Shown: one piece after another, positions 1 to 13,052 of the stretch | How positions within the stretch are numbered: the stretch's first letter is position 1 | How the letters are laid out: each line of letters opens with the position of its first letter | From: Candidatus Micrarchaeia archaeon | GTDB taxonomy: Archaea > Micrarchaeota > Micrarchaeia > Norongarragalinales > CAINOH01 | Reading direction: 5' to 3' | Assembly (NCBI GenBank): GCA_041663565.1 | Contig: JBAYMJ010000002.1 | Location: forward strand, 17,947-81,946 | Length of the DNA: 64,000 nt | The notes under the pieces: generated by a model | What the model saw: only the letters and a program-made list of their open reading frames with translations | Told to the model about the DNA's origin: nothing | Databases searched by the model: none | Position numbers and translations under genes: made by a program

Positions 1-336
1 AAACCCCGCCAACCACTTACCCAAAACGCTCATTTTGCGATGGGTAACTCCCCATCAGACTAGGTGCGGACTTTCCTTAAATAGATAATGAAAACCAAAA
101 AAATGCGAAAAAAGCGAAAAGAATTTACTTGAAAAACAACTGTTTGCGCGAAAAATAAGGCACGATAGAACCCCGTTTTTCAAAATAAGCATAATTTTCC
201 GCCCATTTTGAAAAAACAGGCAGGAAGATGGAAACTGAAAAAATACTGGAAGTGAGGTTTGCAAGGAGTAAAAAGCGGCAGAATACGAAATTAACGAAAA
301 ATATGGTTTATTTTGCCAAAACAAGCCATAAAACAG

Positions 337-1338
337 CTATTTCTTTCCAATCAAGGACATCTGAGCCAGCAAAGCCTCAAGTTGGATGGTTTCGTCCGCA
401 CCCATAACCATGCGGAAGTCGTATTCGCCAATCTTATCAACCAGCGCGACTTTCTGCTCGTCCGGGATTGGAAGCCCGGTGACTTCGCGGTAAATCGAAA
501 TCAGGACGTCTTCGCCAGCCAAGCCGTACTTGCCCATAATCTCCCAAAGCATCTTGCGGGCAGTTGAGAAGTCGCCCTTGACCGCAGTTGTGACCATTGT
601 TGCGACTTCTTTTGGAGTTGCGCGCGAGGCCACTTTGAAAATCGATTGCGCGGTGACTTTTGCGGAAAGCGAGCAGGCGCCCTGCAGCACGTTTGCGGCC
701 TTTCTTGCATCGCCTTCGGACACCGCGACTACCGCATCCCGAACGTCCTTTTCCAGGTGCAGGTTCTCGTGCTTTGCTATGTTGTCAACAATCTTTCCGA
801 TGTGCTCGTCGGATAGCGGAAGGAAGCGGAACACGGCGCACCTGCTCTGGATGGGCTCGATTACCCTGCTTGAATAGTTGCAGCTGAGTATGAAGCGCGT
901 GTTCTCCGAGTAGCGCTCCATTGTTCGCCTGAGCGCCTGCTGTGCCTCTGCGGTGAGCGCGTCGGCCTCGTCGAGGAAGATGATTTTGAAAGGCACGCTT
1001 GCAAGGGGTATTGAGCGCGCGAAGTCCTTGATTTTCCCGCGCACGATGTCGATGCCGCGCTCGTCGCTTGCGTTGAGCTCGAGGAAGCACTCCCTGTAGG
1101 CCTCGCCGTAAAGCTCGTGCGCAAGAGCAAGCACGCAGGTGGTCTTGCCTATCCCCGCGCGCCCCGCAAAGAGCATGTGCGGCATCTCCTTGGCGTGCAC
1201 GTAGGACTCGAGCCTGCTGACTATGTGCTCCTGGCCGACGACTTCGGACAGCTTCTTGGGCCGGTACTTCTCAATCCACGGCTCGTAATCCGCCTTGGTC
1301 CTTTCAGCCTTCGCCGGTTCCGCTTCCTTGAGAGTCAT
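337..1338 (-). CDS. rfcS: Replication factor C small subunit (clamp-loader AAA+ ATPase)
   Basis: Translation has WIEKYRPKKLSEVVGQ, Walker A GRAGIGKTT, Walker B IIFLDEADALT and the SRC motif QSRCAVFRF. ATG at 1336-1338 preferred over the upstream TTG of ORF 337..1353. Confidence 0.93.
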   Translation of the reverse strand: MTLKEAEPAKAERTKADYEPWIEKYRPKKLSEVVGQEHIVSRLESYVHAKEMPHMLFAGRAGIGKTTCVLALAHELYGEAYRECFLELNASDERGIDIVRGKIKDFARSIPLASVPFKIIFLDEADALTAEAQQALRRTMERYSENTRFILSCNYSSRVIEPIQSRCAVFRFLPLSDEHIGKIVDNIAKHENLHLEKDVRDAVVAVSEGDARKAANVLQGACSLSAKVTAQSIFKVASRATPKEVATMVTTAVKGDFSTARKMLWEIMGKYGLAGEDVLISIYREVTGLPIPDEQKVALVDKIGEYDFRMVMGADETIQLEALLAQMSLIGKK

Positions 1339-1462
1339 TTTCCTGCACCGCAATGAACGTAAAATCAGACAGAACTGTTTTCGCTCGGAAAGTTAATAAT
1401 CCGAGCGTGACAAATGCAATCGCCGCCCAGAGGCGGCAACTTGAACCAAAGGTGATTTGCTT

Positions 1463-1813
1463 ATGCAGGCTACTGACCCGGACGTGCTCATCTCAACTAC
1501 CGAGGAAATCTCAGGATTCCGGACCAAAAAGTACGTCGGCGTGGTGTGGGCGTCAAGCGCGCGCACCCTGGACACCGCAAGCGAGATTGGCGCGATGCTG
1601 AAAAGCATCGGCGGCGGCGACCTCCCGGCTTTCCGCAAGTTGCTCAACGAAGGCAGGCACTCGGTGCTGCACGAGATTGCCGCAACCGCAAAGGCACGAG
1701 GCGCAAACGCAATCGTGGGCGTAAGGATGGAAAGCGCAAGCATCGTCGGAGGCACAATAGACGTCTATGCCTATGGGACCGCAGTTGTTGTCGAGAAGGA
1801 AACCAAGAAGTAG
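1463..1813 (+). CDS. YbjQ/UPF0145 family protein
   Basis: ISTTEEISGF...GANAIVGVRMESASIVGGTIDVYAYGTAVV matches the YbjQ-type pentameric domain pattern. ATG at 1463 lies 8 nt after an AAAGGTGA Shine-Dalgarno-like site. Confidence 0.8.
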   Translation: MQATDPDVLISTTEEISGFRTKKYVGVVWASSARTLDTASEIGAMLKSIGGGDLPAFRKLLNEGRHSVLHEIAATAKARGANAIVGVRMESASIVGGTIDVYAYGTAVVVEKETKK

Positions 1814-1868
1814 GCCGTTGGGAAAATTAGAAAAAATCCTGAAAAAAGAAGATATGGAAAAAGGGAAA

Positions 1869-2108
1869 CTAAGCCGCCTTGTAGGCGGTCCTCTTTGAGG
1901 GCGTGCCCCAGCAGGTCTTGCAGATTACGTGGCGCTCGCCCTTCACGCGCCTGCGCGAGAGCTTGCTTGACTTCTCGCACGCGTGGCAGACCTTGCGCTT
2001 GCACTGGCCGCACTCCTCGAGAAGATGGGCCTCGCGGCCGCACTTTTCGCACTTTTTGGAAGAAACTGGACGGACTATACGAATACACCCTTGTAACACA
2101 TTATTCAT
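1869..2108 (-). CDS. Small double zinc-ribbon protein, function unknown
   Basis: 79-aa ORF with four CxxC pairs (CEKC, CGQC, CHAC, CKTC). It is not overlapped by a better-supported gene. Confidence 0.5.
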   Translation of the reverse strand: MNNVLQGCIRIVRPVSSKKCEKCGREAHLLEECGQCKRKVCHACEKSSKLSRRRVKGERHVICKTCWGTPSKRTAYKAA

Positions 2109-2213
2109 TGACGGCCTAATGCCTTCAAAATGAGTATATTGTCTTTTGCGAAGAAAATTAATAAAGTTGCTTAAGAGGGCAAAATTGCCCGAAAAGCCGG
2201 TTGGACTGTTAAA

Positions 2214-3578
2214 ATGGCAAAAAACATTGCTGGGGCGGGAAAAAAGAAAAAAAACGGGCCAGATGTGACCGCCACTTCAAAGGTCTTTTTCCTCACATAC
2301 GGCTGCACGTTCAACGCCGCTGACACGGACGCATTGAAGGCCGCAGTTGCGAAAAAGTACGGGATTGCGGAGTCGGAAGCCGAGGCAGGCGTCGTGGTGA
2401 TGAACACCTGCTCGGTGAAGGACTCGACGCAGGAAAAGATACTCTTCAAGGCAAAGAAACTGGACGCCCAAGGAAAGAAGCTGGTGGTTACCGGCTGCCT
2501 TGCACAGGTGTCGCCCGAACTGGTCGAAAAGGCGGTTCCGGGTGCAAGCATTGTCGGAGTGTGGTCGAACGCCAAGATGGTGGATGCGATAGGGTGGGTG
2601 TTGGAAGGAAAAAAAGTCGTCCAAACCAAAAGAACCTCAATCCTTCCTTTCAACGTCACGGTTGACGGCATCTTTGCCCGCGTGCAAATCAGCCGCGGGT
2701 GCCTCGGAAGCTGCACCTACTGCTCGACAAAGATTGCGAGGGGCAGCCTGCAGAGCTTTCCGCAGGAAGAAATCGTGGCTGCAGTCGAGTCCGCGGTCCG
2801 GCAGGGAGCTAAGGAAATCCAGCTTACAAGCCAGGACACGGCCTGCTACGGTTTCGACTTTGGGGGCAACAGGAAGGGAGGCAGGAAAGGAGTAACGAAG
2901 AAACCCGAACATACCCTCGCAACGCTCCTTGAAAGCATATGCAATATTCCCGGCCGCTTCCGCGTGCGCATCGGGATGGGAAACCCGGAGCACTTCTGGA
3001 AGATAAGGAAGGAGCTTGCAAAGGCAATCTGCTCAACGGACAAGGTTTACCGTTTCCTCCACATACCTGTGCAGAGCGGAAGCGACCCCGTGCTTGCGGC
3101 GATGAACCGAGGATACAGGGCATCCGACTATGCAAGGCTCGTGGAATTCTTCCGCAAGAAAATACCAGACCTGACGGTTGAGACCGACGTCATCGTGGGC
3201 TTTCCCACCGAGACCGGGAAGGACTTTGAAGAGACTGTTGCGCTCGTTGAAAAAACGCGGCCGCAGATTACGAACATATCAAAATACAGCGCCAGGCCCA
3301 AGACCATTGCCGCAAGAATGAAACAAGTCGGCCGCAAGACCGTCAACGAGCGCAGCACCAAGATGAACGTGCTGTGCCGCAGTATTGCGCTGGAAGAAAA
3401 CGGGAAGCTGGCCGGAAAAACCTACGACGTGCTGGTCACGGAAAGGAAGGCCGGAGGATTTTCCGCAAGGGCGCCGAACTACAAGACCGTGCTCCTTGCA
3501 AGGGGCGCCATTGGCTCATTTATTACCGTCCGGACTACTGGTTACGGGCAATGCTACCTGAAGGGAAAAAGGCTGTGA
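2214..3578 (+). CDS. Radical SAM methylthiotransferase, MiaB/MtaB (CDKAL1-like) family
   Basis: N-terminal UPF0004 pattern FFLTYGCTFNAADTD, radical SAM cluster motif GCLGSCTYCSTKIARG and a C-terminal TRAM-like region. Confidence 0.88.
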   Translation: MAKNIAGAGKKKKNGPDVTATSKVFFLTYGCTFNAADTDALKAAVAKKYGIAESEAEAGVVVMNTCSVKDSTQEKILFKAKKLDAQGKKLVVTGCLAQVSPELVEKAVPGASIVGVWSNAKMVDAIGWVLEGKKVVQTKRTSILPFNVTVDGIFARVQISRGCLGSCTYCSTKIARGSLQSFPQEEIVAAVESAVRQGAKEIQLTSQDTACYGFDFGGNRKGGRKGVTKKPEHTLATLLESICNIPGRFRVRIGMGNPEHFWKIRKELAKAICSTDKVYRFLHIPVQSGSDPVLAAMNRGYRASDYARLVEFFRKKIPDLTVETDVIVGFPTETGKDFEETVALVEKTRPQITNISKYSARPKTIAARMKQVGRKTVNERSTKMNVLCRSIALEENGKLAGKTYDVLVTERKAGGFSARAPNYKTVLLARGAIGSFITVRTTGYGQCYLKGKRL

Positions 3579-3586
3579 ACAGTCGA

Positions 3587-4252
3587 ATGGAAAAGACGCA
3601 AGCGGGCAACAAGAAAAAGGAAAACCCGGCCACTATGAGAAAAATTGTCGCAGTAGTTGCGGCAATCGTAGTCCTCCTGGTTTTTGCGACTATCTTTTTC
3701 CTTGGAATCCCGACGGACAGCCATCGGGGAGTGGGTGAAACGCCCAATTCGGCACTGCAGCCAACGCCTTCAGCAAAAGCCCATGCGGCCTGCGTCACTT
3801 CGATTGAGGAGCGGACCGTTCGCGGAAGCTCGATGGAAGGGCTTCTTTCCGACGGCGACACCGTGACGGTCCAGTTTGGCTACTACGGCTGCAACGAGCC
3901 GCAAAGGGGTGAAGTTGCGCTCGTGCACTTTTCAGGCGACGCAAACCCGCTCATCAAGGTCATCAAGGCGGTGCCAGAAGACTCGTTCTCCCTTTCGCAG
4001 GCCTCCTGCGGCTGGAACATAATGGTCAACGGCAATGCATTGCAAAACTCCGAGGCGAAGGACTACTGCATAGGTTACTCCGGCTACCGGATGCTTTCGC
4101 TCTACGTGCAAAGCTACAACGGCATAATCCCGCAGGGCGCCTACCTCGTGCTCGGCAACCTCGTGCAGGGCTCCACCGACAGCACGCGCTTCGGCCTGAC
4201 AAGCAGGGGCAGCCTGCTGGGAAAGGTGGGAATGCCCGCCGACCCCGCATAG
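3587..4252 (+). CDS. Signal peptidase I-like serine peptidase (S26; bacterial-type Ser/Lys boxes)
   Basis: N-terminal TM helix, then GSSMEG (box B-like), LIKVIKAVPED (box D-like, Lys) and GNLVQGSTDSTRFG (box E-like). ATG at 3587 avoids overlap with the preceding gene; the 3374 start is rejected. Confidence 0.7.
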   Translation: MEKTQAGNKKKENPATMRKIVAVVAAIVVLLVFATIFFLGIPTDSHRGVGETPNSALQPTPSAKAHAACVTSIEERTVRGSSMEGLLSDGDTVTVQFGYYGCNEPQRGEVALVHFSGDANPLIKVIKAVPEDSFSLSQASCGWNIMVNGNALQNSEAKDYCIGYSGYRMLSLYVQSYNGIIPQGAYLVLGNLVQGSTDSTRFGLTSRGSLLGKVGMPADPA

Positions 4253-4328
4253 CTCACGGCTCGTGGAAGCTATTGGTTTTAAATCCGCAAAGCAAGAAGT
4301 CTTTATCTAATTTCAAGGGCGAATTGGT

Positions 4329-5072
4329 ATGAAGAGGATTGCGGACATTTTCAACAAGACGTTCGAGGCATACGGCGCGAACTTCAAGACGATTTCGTTC
4401 TTCTCGATACCGTTTTTGATAGCGTTCCCGGTAGCGCTGTTCCTGTCCAACTACGCCGCGATGGGCTCCATATTCATGCGCCTTGACAGCATCAAGTGGG
4501 ACATGACCCCGCTCGACCTGGGCATCGTCATCCTCCTGCCAATCGTATCGATGCTTTTGTTTTCCTTTGCGCTCGTCGCAATCAACATGATAATCACGAG
4601 CCAAAGGTCGATGAACAAGATTGCGTTCTACGAGATGGAAAAAATCGAGCAGCGCACCTACCACCTGTTCGAGGTGTTCCTTGCCGCGTTCGCGCTCACG
4701 TTCATCGCTGACGTCGTGCTTTACCAGTATGGGCTGCACCAGACCGTCGGAGCGCTGGTTGCAGCACTCGTCGCGCTCGCAATATTGTTCGTGCCGCAGG
4801 CCATCGTAATCGACGGCTTCCGTGGATGGACCGCGATAAGGAAGAGCGTCTCGACTGTGACGCGCCGCTTTTCCTACGTAATCCTGTTCCTAGTAGTGTC
4901 CGCGGTGCTCATCCTGCTCAACGACATCATCTTCCTCAACATCTCAGCCGACCCCGGGATATTCGCCTACGGCCGCTACGCGGCCATCGTCATCAACGCG
5001 CTCGTCATCCTGCCGTTCCTTGAGGTGTTCAAGGTGCAGGTCTATCTCAGCAAGTACACGATACTCAACTAG
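4329..5072 (+). CDS. Polytopic membrane protein, unknown function
   Basis: 247-aa ORF with about 6 hydrophobic segments. No motif recognised. Confidence 0.55.
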   Translation: MKRIADIFNKTFEAYGANFKTISFFSIPFLIAFPVALFLSNYAAMGSIFMRLDSIKWDMTPLDLGIVILLPIVSMLLFSFALVAINMIITSQRSMNKIAFYEMEKIEQRTYHLFEVFLAAFALTFIADVVLYQYGLHQTVGALVAALVALAILFVPQAIVIDGFRGWTAIRKSVSTVTRRFSYVILFLVVSAVLILLNDIIFLNISADPGIFAYGRYAAIVINALVILPFLEVFKVQVYLSKYTILN

Positions 5073-5168
5073 GCCAAAGCCTGCGAAAACATTAAAACCG
5101 CCATTCACACTTAGGTTTACCCACCAAGATTTGCCTGCGAGGCAAAACAGGCGTGAAAGGATATTGCC

Positions 5169-7460
5169 ATGGAAACCGTAATGATCATCACCGAAAAGCC
5201 GCGCGTGGCAGAGAAGATGGCTGCCGCGCTAGCGGAAGGCCCTGTCAAGCAGTCGGCAGGCGCGGGTGTAAAATCCTACGAGCTTGCGCGCGGCGGAAAG
5301 AGAATACTCATCGCTCCGGCAGTGGGCCACGTCTATTCGCTCAAGCAGAAGGAGGCCGGCGGGCGCTACCCGGTCTTTGACATAGAGTGGGTGCCGGCAT
5401 CGGAATCAAGCGAGTCCGCCGCGTTCACCAAGAAGTACCTCGAGTCCATAAAGAAGCTTGCAAAGAACGCCGACTCAGTTGTGAACGCCTGCGACTGGGA
5501 CATCGAAGGAAGCCTGATTGGAGGCAACATCATCCGCTATGCGGTGAAGAAGCCCGCAAAGCGGATGCTATTCTCGACGCTGACAAAGGAGGACCTTGTT
5601 GACGCTTATTCGGAATTGAAACCCCTCGACACGCCACAGATAGACGCCGGCGAGGCGCGGCACTACCTTGACTGGTACTGGGGCATCAACACGTCGCGCG
5701 CTCTCATGTCCGCGATAAAGAAGGCGGGGATTTTCCGCATCATGAGCATCGGAAGGGTGCAGGGCCCGGCGCTCGCGATACTTTCCCAGCGCGAGCTTGA
5801 GATACAGAAGTTCGTGCCCGAGCCGTACTGGACGATTACCGCGGTGCTAAAGGGAGTCGAGTTCTCCTGCCAGGAGGGCAACATCTTCGACGAAAAAAAG
5901 GCCAAGGAAATAGCGGGCAAGGTCGCAAAGGCCGTGAAAGACAAAGCACTTGTCGAGAAAGTCGAGGAGAAGGAGTTCGCGCAGAACCCGCCTTTTCCGT
6001 TCGACCTGACCTCGATGGAAATCGAGGCCTACCGCGCGTTCGGATTCAAGCCGTCGATGACGCTTTCGCTTGCGCAGGACCTCTACGAGGCAGCCCTCAT
6101 CAGCTATCCCCGCACGTCGTCACAGAAGCTCTCGTCAAAGCTCAACCTGAAAAAAATCATCACCGACATCGGAAAGAACCCCGTTTACGCGGACCTGTCC
6201 GCAAAACTCATCTCCAAAAACAAGACCGTCCCCCGCGAGGGCGAGAAGGACGACGCGGCGCACCCCGCAATCCACCCGACTGGGCTGGTGCCAAGCGGGC
6301 TGAACCCGTACCAGGCCAAGCTTTACGACCTCATTGTCCGCAGGTTCCTGTCCTGCTTTGCAGACCCGGCAAAGAGGGCACGAATGAACGTCGCGGCAAA
6401 AATAGGCGAAGTGGGTTTTGCAGCAGGAGGCTCGCGCACTGTTGAGAGGGGCTGGTTTGAGTTCTACGGAAAGTACGTGGACTTGGAAGAGGAAGTCCTG
6501 CCCAAGTTCGAGGTAGGCGAGCGCGTGCCTGTTGACAAGCACGAGCTTGAAAAGAAGATGACCAAGCCGCCCAAGCGCTACACCGAAGCCTCGCTTGTCA
6601 AGAAGCTCGAGGACGAGGATTTGGGGACAAAGGCGACCCGGTCGGAAATAGTGGAGACGCTTTTCCGGAGAGGGTACGTTTCAGGAAAGAGCATCGAGGT
6701 GTCCGCGCTCGGGCTTTCGGTTTACGAGACGCTCACAAAGCACGCGGACGAAATCCTTTCCGAGCAGCTTACGCGCGACTTTGAGAAGGAGATGGAGGAC
6801 ATCCAGTCCGGCAAGATAACAAAGGAAAAAGTCATCGCCGAGGGAAGGGTCGCACTTGAGAAGATTCTCGAGAAGTTCCGCTCGAAGGAGGAAAGCATCG
6901 GAAAGGAACTCGTGGATGCAGTGAAGCAGACGCAGAAGGAGGAAAGCGTGTTGGGCCCGTGCAACGTGTGCGCAAAGGAAGGCCGCACAGGGCAGCTGCA
7001 AATCCGCAAGTCGCGCTTCGGGCTCTTCGTGGGCTGCGGCGCGTACCCCGCCTGCAGGAACCTCTATCCGCTCCCGAAGATGGCGCTCATAAAGAACGCG
7101 CAGAAAATCTGCCCGGAGTGCGGCACGCCCATAGTCACCGTGATTCGCAGGGGCAAAAAACCATTCAACATGTGCCTTGACACCAAGTGCAAGACCAAGG
7201 AGTCGTGGGGAAAGAAAAGCTATACGGTCAACAACTCCGACGGCACGGTCACCGAGAATAAGAGCGTGGTTGTTGCGCAGGGGGCTGCGGACGCGCAGGA
7301 TGCGCCAGTGAAAAAGCCGGCGGCGATTGCGAAGGCAAAGGCCGCAACCGCGCCGACGAATTACACAAGCACCGCAGCCGTAACGCCTGCGGCCAAAGCT
7401 GCGAGGAAGCCCGCATCCAAAAAGCCTTCGGCAAAGGCAACGGCAAAGAAAAAAGCCTGA
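5169..7460 (+). CDS. topA: DNA topoisomerase I (type IA) with C-terminal zinc ribbons and a Lys/Ala-rich tail
   Basis: Toprim start MIITEKPRVAEK, acidic motif CDWDIEGSLIG, active-site region ISYPRTSSQKL, Cys4 ribbons (CNVC...CGAYPAC; CPECG...C..KC) and tail AAKAARKPASKKPSAKATAKKKA. Confidence 0.93.
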   Translation: METVMIITEKPRVAEKMAAALAEGPVKQSAGAGVKSYELARGGKRILIAPAVGHVYSLKQKEAGGRYPVFDIEWVPASESSESAAFTKKYLESIKKLAKNADSVVNACDWDIEGSLIGGNIIRYAVKKPAKRMLFSTLTKEDLVDAYSELKPLDTPQIDAGEARHYLDWYWGINTSRALMSAIKKAGIFRIMSIGRVQGPALAILSQRELEIQKFVPEPYWTITAVLKGVEFSCQEGNIFDEKKAKEIAGKVAKAVKDKALVEKVEEKEFAQNPPFPFDLTSMEIEAYRAFGFKPSMTLSLAQDLYEAALISYPRTSSQKLSSKLNLKKIITDIGKNPVYADLSAKLISKNKTVPREGEKDDAAHPAIHPTGLVPSGLNPYQAKLYDLIVRRFLSCFADPAKRARMNVAAKIGEVGFAAGGSRTVERGWFEFYGKYVDLEEEVLPKFEVGERVPVDKHELEKKMTKPPKRYTEASLVKKLEDEDLGTKATRSEIVETLFRRGYVSGKSIEVSALGLSVYETLTKHADEILSEQLTRDFEKEMEDIQSGKITKEKVIAEGRVALEKILEKFRSKEESIGKELVDAVKQTQKEESVLGPCNVCAKEGRTGQLQIRKSRFGLFVGCGAYPACRNLYPLPKMALIKNAQKICPECGTPIVTVIRRGKKPFNMCLDTKCKTKESWGKKSYTVNNSDGTVTENKSVVVAQGAADAQDAPVKKPAAIAKAKAATAPTNYTSTAAVTPAAKAARKPASKKPSAKATAKKKA

Positions 7461-7503
7461 AGGGAAAAACAACGACCCGAACGACAAAGGCGACGATGCA
7501 CTT

Positions 7504-8157
7504 ATGCCCAAGACGACAATCTACCTTATTCGCCACGCCGAGACCATAGGCAACGCCGAGGGCATCATACAGGGCCAGACCATGGGAGGCACGCTCTCAA
7601 AGCACGGCACGCGCCAGGCGCAGGCGCTTGGAAGGTGGGCTGCCGCAAAGGACGTTTCGGCGGTGTATTCAAGCCCGTTGTCCCGAGCAGCGGATACTGC
7701 AAAGATTGCGTTCCCAAATGCCACAATAATCGAAAAGGACGGGCTGATGGAACAGGACGCGGGGGAACTGTCCGGAAAGACCATCGAGGAGGCGTTCAGG
7801 ATATTCCACAAGATGAACCTGTCCGGAGCGCGCGAACCGGAACGCACAATCGACTACTTCCTGCTGCGTTACGGCCACGAGCTTTCAGGCGAGTCCGCAA
7901 AGGACGTTGCGGAGCGCGGGATGAAGGCGCTTGGGGAAATCGCAAAGGTAAATGCCGGAAAGTCCGTCGCAGTAGTGTCGCACGGCAACCTGAACAAGTG
8001 CGTGCTGTGCGCAATCACGGGCTACGCACTTTCGTACGAAAACTTCAAGAAAATGGTGCAGGGAAACTGCTGCATAAACACGATTGAATTCGGCTCCGAC
8101 GGCCCAAGCGTAGTGGCTATAAACGATACCCGCCACCTTGATTCTGTTGAAAGATGA
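7504..8157 (+). CDS. Histidine phosphatase (phosphoglycerate mutase-like) family protein
   Basis: IYLIRHAETIGN (RHG-type motif), SSPLSRAADTA and VVSHGN, typical of the histidine phosphatase superfamily. Confidence 0.8.
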   Translation: MPKTTIYLIRHAETIGNAEGIIQGQTMGGTLSKHGTRQAQALGRWAAAKDVSAVYSSPLSRAADTAKIAFPNATIIEKDGLMEQDAGELSGKTIEEAFRIFHKMNLSGAREPERTIDYFLLRYGHELSGESAKDVAERGMKALGEIAKVNAGKSVAVVSHGNLNKCVLCAITGYALSYENFKKMVQGNCCINTIEFGSDGPSVVAINDTRHLDSVER

Positions 8158-8978
8158 AAATCGCGCTCGACGCATCCAAGACCGCCCAGCAGAACGCCGC
8201 CGACTACTATTCCAAGGCAAGCAAGCTGCGCGCAAAGGCGGATGGCGCAAAAAAGGCGCTTGAGGATACGCTCAAGCTGATTGCAAGCGAAGAGCGGCGC
8301 GAGCTTTACAAAAAGCCGGAAGACGAAGCCGCTTCCAAGAAGAAGTTCCGCATAAGGCGCGACCTGGAGTGGTTCGAGAAATACCGCTGGTTCTACACAA
8401 GCTCCGGGCTTTTGGTTGTCGCAGGGCGCGACGCCTCGCAGAACGAGCACGTCTTTTCAAGGCACGCGGAAAAAACGGATTTGTATTTCCACGCCGACGT
8501 GACTGGCGCTCCCACGACCATACTCAAGGAGGGAAACACGCCTAAGGCTGCAGAGCAGGACAAAAAGGAGGCGGCCCAGTTTGCGGTAAGCTACTCGTCC
8601 TCGTGGAAGAACGGCTTCGGCAGCGTGGACGCTTATTGCGTGCCTGTTGAGAGCGTCTCGCGAACTGCAAAGGCAGGCGAATACGTTTCAAAGGGCGGTT
8701 TCATCATCGCAGGAAAACGCGAGTACTTCCGCGGCACGGCGCTTGGGCTGCGCATCGGCCTGGACGAAAAGGAAAGGGTCGTCGCAGTCCCGGCAATCTC
8801 GACTAGGGTACTCAAGAACGCAGTGTCAATACTTCCTGCCGGCACCAAGGAGAAGGGCGCTGTTGCAAAGGAGATCATGGCGCGGCTTGGGACCGACAAC
8901 CTCGACGACCTGCTGTTGGTGATTCCGGCTGGAAAATCGGAAGTGGAACGGGCAACGAAACAGGCCCCGAAAGCCTAG
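8154..8978 (+). CDS. NFACT-R (DUF814) domain protein, short form lacking the NFACT-N domain
   Basis: Coiled-coil N-terminus, then RWFYTSSGLLVVAGRDASQNEHVFSRH...LYFHADVTGAPTTIL, the DUF814/NFACT-R signature. ATGA overlap with the upstream gene. Confidence 0.7.
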   Translation: MKIALDASKTAQQNAADYYSKASKLRAKADGAKKALEDTLKLIASEERRELYKKPEDEAASKKKFRIRRDLEWFEKYRWFYTSSGLLVVAGRDASQNEHVFSRHAEKTDLYFHADVTGAPTTILKEGNTPKAAEQDKKEAAQFAVSYSSSWKNGFGSVDAYCVPVESVSRTAKAGEYVSKGGFIIAGKREYFRGTALGLRIGLDEKERVVAVPAISTRVLKNAVSILPAGTKEKGAVAKEIMARLGTDNLDDLLLVIPAGKSEVERATKQAPKA

Positions 8979-9078
8979 AGGGCAGACAAACCAGCCGAAC
9001 CGATTATTCAATTATTTAAACCGAGACGACACTACATACTTTCAGGCCAAAAACCGATTCTCACTAGTTACTGGATGA

Positions 9079-13002
<3,924 letters not shown>

Positions 13003-13052
13003 GCTTTCAATTCGTTTTTCTTTTTTGGATTCAAGTGGGAAGTGACTGGAAA

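Noticed and set aside
55-324. 89-aa minus-strand ORF filling the AT-rich island
   Set aside because: It has a TTG start, the first Met is at codon 45, and the Phe/Ser-rich low-complexity product is the expected translation of poly-A-tract DNA. It is kept only as an alternative within the AT-rich-island finding.
2174-2187. GGGCAA-AA-TTGCCC palindrome upstream of the methylthiotransferase gene as an operator
   Set aside because: It is a single short 6-bp-arm palindrome with no partner repeat or adjacent regulator gene, so a chance occurrence is plausible.
3374-3586. Upstream extension of the signal peptidase ORF
   Set aside because: It overlaps the 3' end of the methylthiotransferase gene by about 200 nt and gives an Arg-rich product. 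ATG 3587 gives a normal signal-anchor N-terminus.
6681-7511. Long antisense ORFs on GC-rich coding regions (for example 6681..7511, 41731..42732, 14833..15573, 54240..54770, 62048..62698 and many others in the track)
   Set aside because: Each fully overlaps a gene with clear family motifs on the other strand or frame. The products are Arg/Pro/Gly-rich, as expected from stop-poor alternative frames of high-GC DNA.
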